From Selaginella moellendorffii (lineage: Eukaryota > Plantae > Lycopodiophyta), in the NCBI RefSeq assembly GCF_000143415.4, contig NW_003314329.1, positions 931,763 to 995,762 on the forward strand: 64,000 bases of DNA. The letters run 5' to 3'. Positions 39,093 to 50,459 of the stretch are shown one piece after another. A program made the translations under genes and the position numbers. The notes below the pieces were generated by a model, which had not been told where the DNA came from, searched no databases, and saw only the letters and a program-made list of their open reading frames with translations. Each line of letters starts with the position of its first letter. The first letter of the stretch is position 1.

Positions 39093-39956
39093 TTACTTCT
39101 CTTGCCTGTTCCCTGTTCCTAATCTAAGCTCAACTTCTGCAGCTACGTGACTCGATTGCGGCCGAGTCGAGTCCCGTGAGCTGCTGGCGAGCGACGCATT
39201 TGAGTCGTGTACATTGTTGAAGAAGTTTTCCTGCTGGTGGGCTTGGACCAAGGAAGAAATGACTGCCTTTGGGTCCGACANNNNNNNNNNNNNNNNNNNN
39301 NNNNNNNNNNNNNNNNNNNNNNNNNNNNNNNNNNNNNNNNNNNNNNNNNNNNNNNNNNNNNNNNNNNNNNNNNNNNNNNNAGCACAGGAGCAAAGTTTTG
39401 GTGGCGGATCAAAATTCGCCTTTATACTTACATGAGAGCACCGGTAGCCCAATCTTGTTCCATAACGAGTCTTCGTGCGTGCAGCAGCTGTTCGCGCTCT
39501 CTCTCTGCAAGATCAAAGTATAGAAGACGATGCGCTCTAAGTTTCTCTCACCTTGGCGGTGCCGATTCATGTGTCCTCCCAGAGCTTGAGACTTTGCAAA
39601 CTTCATCGGACAGAAGCGGCACTCGTAAGGCCTGGAAGACGATGGCTCGTTGCTGCACGAAGAAGCGGCCATGGAGGAAAGGCTGCGAGGCCGGAGTCGA
39701 GGCCGAGGACGAGGCTTTGGAGGTGGCGGCGGTGGTGGCATCTGACAGCAGCTGGTAAAAGAATAATTCGCAAACGCAGTGCAACGCTAAGGATTGGAAT
39801 CGTGACGAGCAAGAGGAAGAACGAAAGAGTGATTTTTTGGAGGTGAGTTTATACTGACCAGCTCGATGATCTTGTTGTGCTATCGCAGTTGCATTGGGAC
39901 GACGAGGATGGAGTAGTCGGGGACAAGTTAAGATCAAGAGACGATGCTTCATCCAT
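39093..39956 (-). CDS. JAGGED/NUBBIN-like single C2H2 zinc-finger repressor
   Basis: N-terminal EAR motif MDEASSLDLNL. Finger YECRFCPMKFAKSQALGGHMNRHRQ, then an intron, then EREREQLLHARRLV. C-terminal VELRLG. Interrupted by the gap at 39281-39380, so the middle structure is uncertain. Confidence 0.8.
39281..39380. other. Assembly gap
   Basis: 100 N. Confidence 1.
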
Positions 39957-40279
39957 CGCTGCGAGAAGACGAAGTAGTACTAGAGTTCTTGCGAAAATAG
40001 GATCTAGTCAAGTATAATTGGGGTGATCAAAGAGTGACGAAAGATTCTTTGGTTCTTTGTTTAATCTTTGCATCGGACTTTGCCAACACCAATGAAGAGA
40101 AAGTTCTAACTTCCAAAACTAGCCTTTAAGCCCTAATTTTATCTCTTTAAAGCGACCTTTAGAAGATCCAAAAGTAACAAACCCTAAAATCTTTGTTCTT
40201 TACCGTTGGATCGGGATCGGTTATCTAGGGCTTGAGCTATTTTTTTCCCTCTCTTTCTCTCGTCGTGCGGGCGGATGAG

Positions 40280-41966
40280 ATGCTGGCTGCCGCCGTGAAT
40301 TCCACCTCCACCGCCACCTCCGGCTCGATTCCTCCTCCTCCTCCTCCCGCCGCTCCCGCCGTTCCCTCTAGGGCGAGGAAGCGTCCTCCCACTTCTAGGT
40401 CTCACTCCATGGTCGCAGCAGCTCCGGAAGAACAGGGCATCGACAATGGCGGCGCTGCCGCCGTTGCTGGCGCTGCGAATCCCGCGAGCAACACGGCCAA
40501 TGGCGGCTGCGAGACGTGCTGCAGCGTCGGGAATGGGGAGGGCGAGGCGGTGTCGTCGCCGCTGCGCAAGACATCGCTTCGGGCGCCCAAGACAGGTAAC
40601 AAGGTAGCTAGATCTTCACACAAGCAGGATAGTTCTTCGCGGCCGGGGGCGGAGACTCACCACCATCTCGCGGGGCCGCTCTTCTCCAAGCCGGTCTTCA
40701 TCGCTGTGATGCTGGCAGTGATGGCCACTACTGCCTGGAAGTGGAGCCGGGATCCAGGGGTAGCACCGGGGATCTCGATCGCCCAGATGAAAGAGCTGGA
40801 GGATTTCTCGAGGAAGACGACCAAGTGGATGCAAGTCCAGCTCGAGCTTGTGGATATGAAGATCGGGAAGGAGATCGAGGGGCTGAGGAGAGATGTGGAG
40901 GACAAGATCGAGGAGCAGGCGTTGGCTCTAGAGACGAGCATCATGAACTTGAAATCACAGGTGGAGGATATGGATTCTTCCGTGCAAAGGCTCACGCAGG
41001 ACGGGCTTCTCACGAAGAAGGAAGGGATGGAACTCATCGCGTCGATTATCCAGCAGCGAGCAGCGGAAGAGTCTGGAAAATCTCTCACTCTGGACGACGT
41101 GAGAATCGCTGCGAGACAGATCGTGGAAGCGGAGCTGGAGAAGCACTCGGCGGATGGAATCGGTCGGGTGGACTATGCTCTTGGCAGTGGAGGAGGGAAG
41201 ATCATCGAGCACTCGGAGGGATTTTTCACGGGTGGCCGGGCGGGGTGGCTGAGCATTCTTGGAGCTGGGCTCTCGGCCGGAGGCGCGGTGAGGCATCCCA
41301 TGGCTCACAAAGTCTTGGAGCCGAGCTATGGCGAGCCGGGTCAGTGCCTTCCACTCAAAGGAAGCAATGTTTTCGTGGAGATTGCGCTGAGAACTCACAT
41401 ACATCCCGACGCCATTACGATCGAGCACGTCCCAAAGGTATGATCTCCTCCCTCTCCCTTTTTTTCCGAGTGTTTGAGCGAGAGACCTTGATCCGGGAGT
41501 GAGAGAAACTTAGCTTAGCGCTAATCTGGCGAGACTAGAGTTTGGTTCTTCCTCTTTCTTTCTTCGACTGTTTGAGCGAGACAGAGATAGAAAACTTCGA
41601 TCGAGAGAAACTTAGTCCAGCGTTTTCTTCAAGCTCTCGAGACTAAAGTTTGGTTCATCCTCTTTCTTCCAGAGCGTGGCTTACGACGTGACGAGCGCTC
41701 CCAAAGATTTCCGCGTCTTTGGCTGGCTGGAGCGAAGCATCCAAGCCGGGACGATCGCGCGGCCAGTGAAGAAGCTCTTGCTGGGAGAATTCAGCTATAG
41801 TTTGGATGGATCAAACATCCAGACTTTTAGCTTCCCGGAAGAAGTGTCGAGGGAGCTGATCAACACCGTGCGAATCCACATTACATCCAACCACGGTAGC
41901 GCCTCTCACACTTGCCTTTACAGAGTTCGCGTCCACGGCTTTGAGCCATCGCCACAGCATTTTTAG
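40280..41966 (+). CDS. C-terminal SUN-domain nuclear envelope protein (SUN1/SUN2-like), 2 exons
   Basis: TM segment, coiled coil with WMQVQLELVD, HSADGIGRVDYALGSGGG, PSYGEPGQCLPLKG, TIEHVPK|SVAYDVTSAPKDFRV, SNHGSASHTCLYRVRVHG. Confidence 0.93.
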
Positions 41967-42052
41967 AGCTCTTGTTCTTCCTGTAAATTCTTTTATATAC
42001 ATTGTGTTTGAACAAATGTGTGTGGAGGAGCCCTAAACCTAAGCTATGAGCT

Positions 42053-44493
42053 ATGGCAGATGAAGCGAGCTGGGATTCGCGGCGTGGCAGCCGCGGCCGA
42101 GCTTCTTCCAATCGATCGGCAAGCTCGTCACAGCGCGCGGCAGCGCCGGATGGTAGGGATTTCATCGGCAGTATAAGGCGGAGGCAGCAGCAAGCGAGGG
42201 GTTTGTCGCGGAAATGGGGGTCGATCAATCGCTACATTCTCCAGGCGCGGCAGTGGGCCGAGCAGGAGCCGACGCTGCTGGCGCTCCAGGCCGCGCTGTT
42301 GAGATTCGTCGACAAGCTGGTGCCAGTCATGGCGACAATTCGATCGAGGGCCGGGAAGGTCGTCGAGCGGTGGTGGCCGGGAGTGGAGAGATGGGGCATA
42401 TTCGCTGGCAGGTTTTTCCTGATTCTTCTCGTCGCTACGCTTGACTGTTCGCTGCGAGGGATCAAATCGGTCTTGCGATTGAGCTCCGCGGCCTTGTGCC
42501 TCATTTTTTGGTGCTCCATTCTCAACCTCGCGGTGCTCGCAGGATTCCTCTCCATCGCCATTGCCACTGTAAGTTCTCCAAGCTTTGGCCTTTGCTTCTT
42601 TCTCCATTTTGTTTGCTTCATACATAGTTTTTTCTTCTCTTCCAGGTGGTCACGATAGTCACATCGTTTTTCCTTGGATTAACTCCAGGTTTCATCGTCC
42701 TGAGCTTGTATGGAGCTTCTGTTTCGTGGATGTATGGGAGCTTCTGGACGACGTTCGCAGTCGTCTTAATTGCAGGTCAGTGACTTTTGGTGAAGTGGAT
42801 TTCTTCTCACCGTCGTGCTCCAGGCACTCTCTACCTTTTCCAGCAGCCTGCCGCCTGGATCATCCTCTTGCTCTACGCGGTTTACTCGTGCAAGGTCCAT
42901 GGAGGGTGGCTTGGAGTGTTTCTCTGCTGTGGCCTGTCCTTCGTGTCCAGTGACGTGATCGTTTACTTGGTCGCTACTGTCGAGCAGAGAAGACAAAGTG
43001 AAAAGGTACACGATCGGTTTAGTAAAGGCAAGGCAGCTCCCAAGTCCAGTTCTCAAACTCAAAGATTTAGCAGTGCTGCTGAAGACGAGAATTCGCCTTC
43101 CGTAAGTGGTGCTCCTGATGTCGACCAAACGGTGGCAGAGGAAGAGGTTGCACGAATTCTGGGGTCCGGGGATCACTATGCAGTTCTTGGCTTCCAACGG
43201 TTTGAAGTTTGCGAAGAGTCCGCTCTGAAAAGAGAGTACAGGAAAAAGGTTTGATCTTCTTTTCTGTTTTTCCTTGTCCAGTTTTGGTTGACGATTATGG
43301 TGCAGGCAATGTTGGTTCATCCTGATAAAAACAAGGGAAACGCAAAAGCGGAAGAGTCGTTTAAGCGATTACAAAATGCTTATGAGGCCGAATCACACTT
43401 TACTCTTGACAGTCATACTATAATGCAGTCTTCCTTGCAGGTTCTTCTGGACACTGCGAAGAAGAAATCTTACGACGATGATTTGCGCAGGGAGGAGTTA
43501 ATCATGAACTTTCGACGAAACGGCTTTGGCTTCCATAAGGTAAAGCTCGGACCCAAGCGGGATTTTTCTTCGCTAATGATTTGCTTGCTTGTCTGCGACA
43601 AACAGAACGGCAGGTGTGAGTCGCCAGATTGTGGGTGTCACAATCTCGATCACCAAGACGAGGGAGCTGAAGCCGAGCTAGTTGACGCACGGCCTATTGT
43701 CTGTAAGAATTGCAAGCAGCTCCACATGTGGACGCCTACGGACAGGAATAAGCAACACGCGAGGTGGTGTCAAGTACGTATTTGTTAGTTCCTCACAATC
43801 AGTTTAGATTTCGGAGGTGATATTCTCGTCCGTGTCAATTATGCCAGGAGTGTCAGGAATTCCATCCGGCCAAGGATGGAGACGGCTGGGTAGAACAATT
43901 TGGTCATGCTGTCTTCTTTGGTTTGTTCCAAAAGGTTGGTAACCAGTTGAATGTAGGACGCAATTTGGTTGTGAAGATGAGCCGTAGTGCGTGTTTTTTT
44001 TTTTTTTTTTTGTTCTATCAGGTGGATGTTCCTCAAGCATACGCTTGCGCTGGAGACATGGTGTTCAACGTAACGGACTGGGCGATTTGCCAGGTAACGG
44101 AGCTCATTAAAACTCCGTCTCTTGAAAACTTAGACATTGTTTCCTGGCTTCCGTCCACAGGGCATGAAGTGTCCAGCAAACACGCACAAGCCTTCGTTCT
44201 TCGTGAGCACACAGGCAGCCATGGGAGGAGGAGGAGGAGGAGGATCTTCATCGAAAAAAGGCAGGAAAGGCAACGTTGCCGAAGGATTTCCATTCCCCGA
44301 CATGGCGGAGACGATGAACGAGCAAGAGTTTTACGACTGGTTCGAGAAGGCGATGGCTTCCGGGATGTTTGGAGGCGCGAGTTCTTCTCACGGCGAGCAG
44401 CAAAGCCATCACCAGCAACAGCAAGCTTCCTCGTCGTCGTCCAAGCAAGGCCATCGAAAGAAGAAGAAAGGAGGCAACAAGAAGCAGTGGTGA
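42053..44493 (+). CDS. Membrane-anchored DnaJ protein with Jiv90 domain (DNAJC14-like)
   Basis: Several TM segments. J-domain DHYAVLG...LKREYRKK|AMLVHPDKN...AEESFKRLQNAYE. Zinc-binding CKNC...H...ARWCQ|EC...H and AYAC...WAICQ|GMKCPANTHKPSF. Confidence 0.9.
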
Positions 44494-44525
44494 AGAACGC
44501 ATACGTAGATAAAAGCTATATAATC

Positions 44526-44559
44526 TCAGGAGTGGGATTCGAACCCACGCACGCTCTTT
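44526..44559 (-). other. tRNA-Leu-like 3'-half fragment (T-arm and acceptor strand), not a complete tRNA
   Basis: Minus strand reads AAAGAGCGTGCGTGGGTTCGAATCCCACTCCTGA, similar to the 3' end of plant tRNA-Leu. No D-arm or anticodon arm upstream. Confidence 0.5.
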
Positions 44560-45123
44560 GTCCCCGATTTACCCCAGCAAATACTTTTTTGTCACATCGC
44601 TTGCGAGGTAAAAAATGGAATGGAATGATGAATTTGCGTAACAGAAAGCTGGCGATGACTGACGGGTCAACTACGGACGGAATATGCCGTGCGGCGGGGA
44701 AGAATATTCTGGGAACCAAGCGTGGGCACACGTCATCCTCCTTCATGGGGATGTCATGTGCGGCAAACGGCCGCCGTGCGGTGACGCAGTTCTTTCCTTC
44801 CATCCATCTCTCTTGGTGTGGTGGTGTTTGTTTTTAGAGTGAGCTAGGTCTAGAATGAGCTCGCAAGTACCGCGAGGACGTCGCCAAGGCCTAGGCGCCG
44901 CAGGGGTGAGCGCGCGCATTCTCGGCTCGATCGGGGAGCTTCTTGGAGAGATTATGACGCCGCGATCGCTCCTCGGCGAGATTACCGTCACAGGTGGATG
45001 AATTTCTCGGGATCTTGGCAGCGCATTCTCTGATCGGGAGCTCGGGAGCTTCTCTGATCGGTTGCCGGCGTAGATCGTCGTCACAGGCGGCTGAATTTCG
45101 GAGAATCTTGCGGCGCCGCGATC

Positions 45124-47331
45124 ATGGCCAAGGCGATCGTCCCCGGGCTCCAAGAAAGGCTGCGATCGCTGGTGAATGGCAAGGGCTGGGACTACGTCGT
45201 CTACTGGAAGCTCAACGACGATCAGAGGTATGGGATATGTTCTTCGCTAGCGTGGAAAGACCTGTGTCGAGGATTTTGTGGCTCATCGCTCGCAGGTTTA
45301 TCGATTGGGTGGGCTGCTGTTGTGGCGGAGTGACAGCAGGCCATGGAATTGGAGCGGATTTTTTCTCGCCACAGCCTCACTACCTGGATGGAGGAGCGCC
45401 TTGTCCCGATATCTCGTTCCCCCATCCATCAACAAAGACGTGTACGATTCTCTCCGCCATGACGCTCTCTCCTTCCATTCCTCTTGATTCGGCCGGGTAA
45501 GAACAAGTATGAGCTCGCTCGCACAGAGAAACTGTAGTGAGTCCTTTAGCTTCGTGCGTGTGCTATCATATGTCACGAAACTCTTGTTTGTGTACTTACG
45601 CTTTGGTGGTTTCTTGGCAGTGTTCACGCTCAGGTGCTTTTGTCAGGGCAGCCTCGCTGGATTAACTTCTCGCTGGAGAGTAACCAGGTATATAAGGAGG
45701 GATTTTACTTAGAGATTGTGTCGTCGTGGTAACGGAGGTTTTGCTTACAGCACGAAGGCGTGCAAACCAAAGTTTACATTCCAATCCAGAATGGAATCGT
45801 GGAGCTCGGATCGTCAAGCCAGGTGCTTTTGATATGCTAGAAGTGAGATGACAAAGCATTGATTCTTTTCTTTGTTGCAGATTGCCGAGAATGCCATGGT
45901 CATTCAAAGTGTAAAAGCAAAGTGTGGGGATCCATGGCAGGATTTTCAGGTTGGCAATTACAATTCCATGCAAACTGGCTTGTTATGTACCTTTCTTTTC
46001 CACTGTCAGGGTTTCCAGGAGAACGTTGACCAGCAAGGCTTCAAATCTCTGTACAAGAACCAAGAAGATGGTTTAGACAAGCACTTCAACGGCCATGGCG
46101 ACCAGGTGCACTGGACTTCGGCGCTGGACACTCACCCTTGGGAACACGACGTAGGATTTTCCGACAATCAGTTCTCACTGAACATCGCGGCACCGACTCA
46201 GCTCAACTTCCTTGGGCAGCCCTCTAAAACGGGTGGTCAACCGTCGGACCACTTTGACAAGCAAGTTGACTGTTCCCGCCCCGAGAAACAAGGGCCGCCA
46301 TTTGTGCAGGGGCTGCAAGACGTCCCTCCTCTTGCTCCTCCAAATCACAGCTTCTCGGAGTCTCCTCACGGCAGCGGCGTCTCCAAAGAGAACTCCGAAG
46401 TCAAGCAGGAGACGCGCGCTGATTCGTCAGATTGCAGCGACCAGGTGGACGAAGACGATGAGAAAGCCACCGGCCGCTCTGGGCGGCGGCACTTGTCCAA
46501 GAACTTGGTCGCCGAGAGGAAGCGGAGGAAGAAGCTTAACGAGCGCCTCTACTCTCTCCGAGCATTGGTCCCAAAGATAACCAAGGTAACGATTTGAGAC
46601 TGACATTATAAATGAAGGTGAATGACTGACAGGGTGGTTTCCTGTGTCTCAACAGATGGACAGAGCATCAATCTTGGGCGATGCCATTGAGTACGTCAAG
46701 GAGCTACAACAGCAAGTTAAGGAGCTGCAGGACGAACTGGAGGACGATTCTCAGGCTGCCAACAATATCCCCACAATGACAGACGTTTGTGGTGGAGGAC
46801 ACAAGCACCCTGGGAGCGAAGGAATCACGATTGCAGACGTTGACACCAACAAATGTGCCTTGAAAGCGGATGATATCAACGACAAGAAAGTGGAAGATCT
46901 CACGCAGCCAATGCAGGTAAGTGCTTTGCAACAAAAACACACGGCAAGTCTTACAATGTTTTTTCAGGTGGAGGTGAGCAAAATGGATGCTCACTTGCTA
47001 ACTCTGAGGATCTTTTGTGAGAAGCGGCCGGGGGTGTTTGTGAAACTGATGCAGGCACTGGATGCGCTGGGTTTGGACGTCCTGCATGCAAACATCACCA
47101 CGTTTCGAGGATTAGTCCTTAACGTTTTCAATGCTGAGGTAACGTTTTTGCTGTGGTTCTTTTCGCTTTTATCGAGTGAAGTTTTGGCTACTGTAGATGC
47201 GGGACAAGGAACTGATGCAAGCTGAGCAGGTCAAAGAGACGCTCTTGGAAATGACATCGCAGCCAGAAGCGCGAAGCAGCTCGTCGCTTGTGTCTGAGTC
47301 TCATATGGGAGTGATAACTATTGATGGGTAA
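45124..47331 (+). CDS. bHLH transcription factor, ABORTED MICROSPORES (AMS)/TDR-like
   Basis: MYC-N region LQERLRSLVNGKGWDYVVYWKLNDDQR|FIDWVGCCC. bHLH SKNLVAERKRRKKLNERLYSLRALVPKITK|MDRASILGDAIEYVKELQQQVKELQDELE. C-terminal ACT-like region FCEKRPGVFVKLMQALDALGLDV. Stop at 47329-47331. Confidence 0.88.
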
Positions 47332-47442
47332 ACGAGAATGCTGCCAAGTTAAAAGTGATGGAATTTCCAATCTTCCATGACAAATATCTATTTATCATCA
47401 ATTTCGAACATAAATGTAACTTCCACTTGGAGTGTATACAAC

Positions 47443-47856
47443 ATGGATTTCGGGGGTTTAGTTTTTTCAATTTCCATACTGATTATGTTATTTAGAGGCT
47501 CAGGCTCAGACTGTTCTTGTAAGAGTGTTGAGTATAACAACGTTGCTAACTTCACGATTTTAGAGGATGGTTATAATTTCAAGCCCGGAGTGTCCCGGCA
47601 GCTCTTAGATTGCAAAGATCACAATAAGAGGAATGCAATTGCTAGGTGGTTGAATATGGAATATGGAAGGCATGAGATAGAAGACAACAATCCCACTTAC
47701 AGTTATTTTGTAGAGGATTTGCAGTGTTTTGAGATTACTTCTTTTAATGGATGGGGTCATTTTAGAACCACAAATGGATGGTATGGTTGGAGTTTCTGGG
47801 CCTTCACAGGGAGTTTCATTCAATCTTCTAACCACTTGAGTGTTGATTTTCTTTAA
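47443..47856 (+). CDS. Putative small secreted protein, unknown family (137 aa, intronless)
   Basis: Signal-peptide-like MDFGGLVFSISILIMLFRGSGS followed by a 4-Cys, aromatic-rich domain. Open frame in AT-rich sequence. Confidence 0.5.
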   Translation: MDFGGLVFSISILIMLFRGSGSDCSCKSVEYNNVANFTILEDGYNFKPGVSRQLLDCKDHNKRNAIARWLNMEYGRHEIEDNNPTYSYFVEDLQCFEITSFNGWGHFRTTNGWYGWSFWAFTGSFIQSSNHLSVDFL

Positions 47857-48832
47857 TTCTTGGTTAACCATTGGGTATTCCTAGTTTATGTTTTGTTTAT
47901 ATTTAATTGAAGTTTTTAGTTGTATACTTTGAGTTTACTAAACTTCTTCACAAAATTACTAATAAATTTCTTTTTATTTGTTATTTGCCATAGCTAAATG
48001 ATTTTTCTTGCTAAATAGAACGAAAAAAGAAAGATTTACTGTATGTTTAACAAAAAGCAAAAGTAAAGCTGTAAAGGTTGTAAAGTTTGCATCCATCGAT
48101 GCAAACTTCCATTTCTCGCGATAAATGTTAGGACATAGAAAATAAAATGTAGAGGCAGCAAGCTATGTACCAAGCTCTAGTTTTTCCGGCTTTTACGATC
48201 TTGCTACTGGCACGGTTTCAAATCTCAGAGCTGCTGGTGCTAGGTATAGTCTTAAGGCCGTTCAGCCCAACATATCAAACGCTTCAGCTATTTCACCGAA
48301 AGCTTACAGTGCTTCGAAGTTATGTCGTTCAATGATTGGGGCCATTACAAGTCGGGGCATGGGATTACCATCGATTTTACCTGAACATCATTGACAAATG
48401 TAAAACCATGACAATAAGCTTGAAAAAGATTTAGTTTCCAGAACTAGTCTGAAAATCAGAGTAGAGTTTTCTTTCACGTGACTCAGCAGAAAATGGATGG
48501 ATTGTCACTCACATCTATCATCAGAAACTGTGAAATAACTGGTCATCACTGCCACGAGTAAAGAAGGGATTCATCTAATTGGCTCAGCAACTCGGTGAAA
48601 TTTTCACTCATGTTGCCTTCAGACAAACTGTGAAATTTCTATAGACATCATCGCCATTCTAGCCTCTAGAAGGGAAGAAAAACTTACAAGGAATTCGTGG
48701 CCTCCTAGTTGGAGCGAGAATGGAGCTTTACTGATCCATCGCAAGCCATTGTAAGCACTGCCAATTACGCGTTATAGAAGGTGAGAAGAGAAACACACAA
48801 ACAGAAAACAAACCTGCTTTGAAGGCATGGTT

Positions 48833-50183
48833 TCAGTGACCACTCCCAATCTTTAGCGCGCTCAAGAACATATGTTCTAGTGCCGCTTCTCGACAAAGTG
48901 CTGCGAGCTTCGACATGTCAGTCTCGCCGAGCTCTTCGATTTGAGTCGTCTTGAACCGGCGCAGCTCGTCAATGTTGCGGCCAGCAGGACACTGCTCCTC
49001 CTCGAGAGCCCGCAAATTCATAGCTTGCCATCTCAAGTGACGAACTCTCTTCACATATTCGGTAATATTTGTGTCTTCAGCCTGGACAAATGGACAATCA
49101 TGATGTGAAACAACACACATACACATACCTCAATGATTAGAATACCAGGAAAGCCAGGCTTGCAGTAGCCACCCACACGAAGTTCCTTTCCCCACTCCAC
49201 GATACATTTCCTTTTCCGCGTGGACTTGATGTGATGAAACCTTCACAAAAGTGATCGAGCTAGAAATTGTTAAAGATTCACAAAAGAAAACAAACCAAAA
49301 GAGTTTTCTCTTTAGGAGTTGTGACGCTCCAGACATCGATGAAGCGTTGGAGGATTCAGTGGTTTGATCGTTTTCTGATATCCGCCAAGCCAAGTCCTAC
49401 ACAAGACAGGTTAAGAACCTCCAAAATGGAAGCGAGAAGAAACTTACCTGTACTTTTTGTAGCACTAAAAGAGTCGATTCCTGTCCGAGAGCTCCCTCGG
49501 CAACGCTGGCTGCCGCTCGATTTAAGCTGTCAAGTTGATCTCTTGCAACGCTTCCATGGCATCTCACGTTGACAGCCACCGCTTGGCTCTCTGGATAGTC
49601 GTCCGGGAAGGTGAACTGGATGCTTAAACACTCAAGCAACTTAAGGTGGACAGTGAACGAGACAGAGCCACCATAGCCAGCCTCAAACTCTCCCTGGCCA
49701 GAGTATATAGACCGCAAAGCCTCCACCTGTGGATCGAGAATTTTTTTTTTTTAATCAGAAAACCATAGAAAACTTATCAGAAATTCTTCACAGTGGAAGA
49801 AAGTTTTCCAGCATCGACCAAAGAGAATTTTCAGCAATGCGCAAAACCAAATTTGCATTTGATCGATGCACATTCAAAGAAAGAAAGACCTTTATGAAAT
49901 TATCACAAAAAGGGTCTATGAAAAGGGGAAAGAAATCGAAAGCGACGAGATTCATCCGCAGAGAATTTTCAGCAATGCGCTAAACCACATTTGCATATGA
50001 CCGACGCACATTGAAAGAAAGACCTTTATAAATTATCACGAGAAGCGTCTATGAAAAGAGGAAAGAAATCGAAAGCGACGAATTTCATCCGCAGAAAAAG
50101 TAGGAACAATCGATCACAAGCAAACATTGTACCTCGTCTAGCTGCCGCTGGAGATTCGCGGAAGTGTGGCGGCGTCCATCCAT
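48833..50183 (-). CDS. RWD domain-containing protein 2-like (RWD + DUF1115), multi-exon
   Basis: MDGRRHTSANLQRQLDE|VEALRSIY...FTFPDDYPES (RWD YP motif) ... HHIKSTRKRKCIVEWGKELRVGGYCKPGFPGILIIE ... EYVKRVRHLRWQ ... FLSALKI. Confidence 0.85.
49822..50095. repeat. ~138-bp tandem duplication in intron 1 of the RWD gene
   Basis: 'agagaattttcagcaatgcgc...gaaagcgacga..ttcatccgc' occurs twice. Confidence 0.85.
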
Positions 50184-50459
50184 AGCTCTAGCTCCGCGCT
50201 GCCGCCGCCGCCGCCCATTTTGGAAAAGAAGAACCCTAGTGGGAGAGAAGGAAAGCAGCATTAAAGAAGAATTTTTTAGGGCTAAAGGAAATTACTTGCT
50301 AGGGCGGACGGAATGGATCTCTGATGGTGATGGCGATGGCGCTGGCGCAGTGGCTCGCGGCATCCGAGGCGTAAGCGGTGCGATCGCGGCGGCGAGCTCG
50401 GCAGCTAGATCACGGTCCTAGGATGCTGGTGAGCTCGCCGCTGATGAAGGGCTTGTTCG

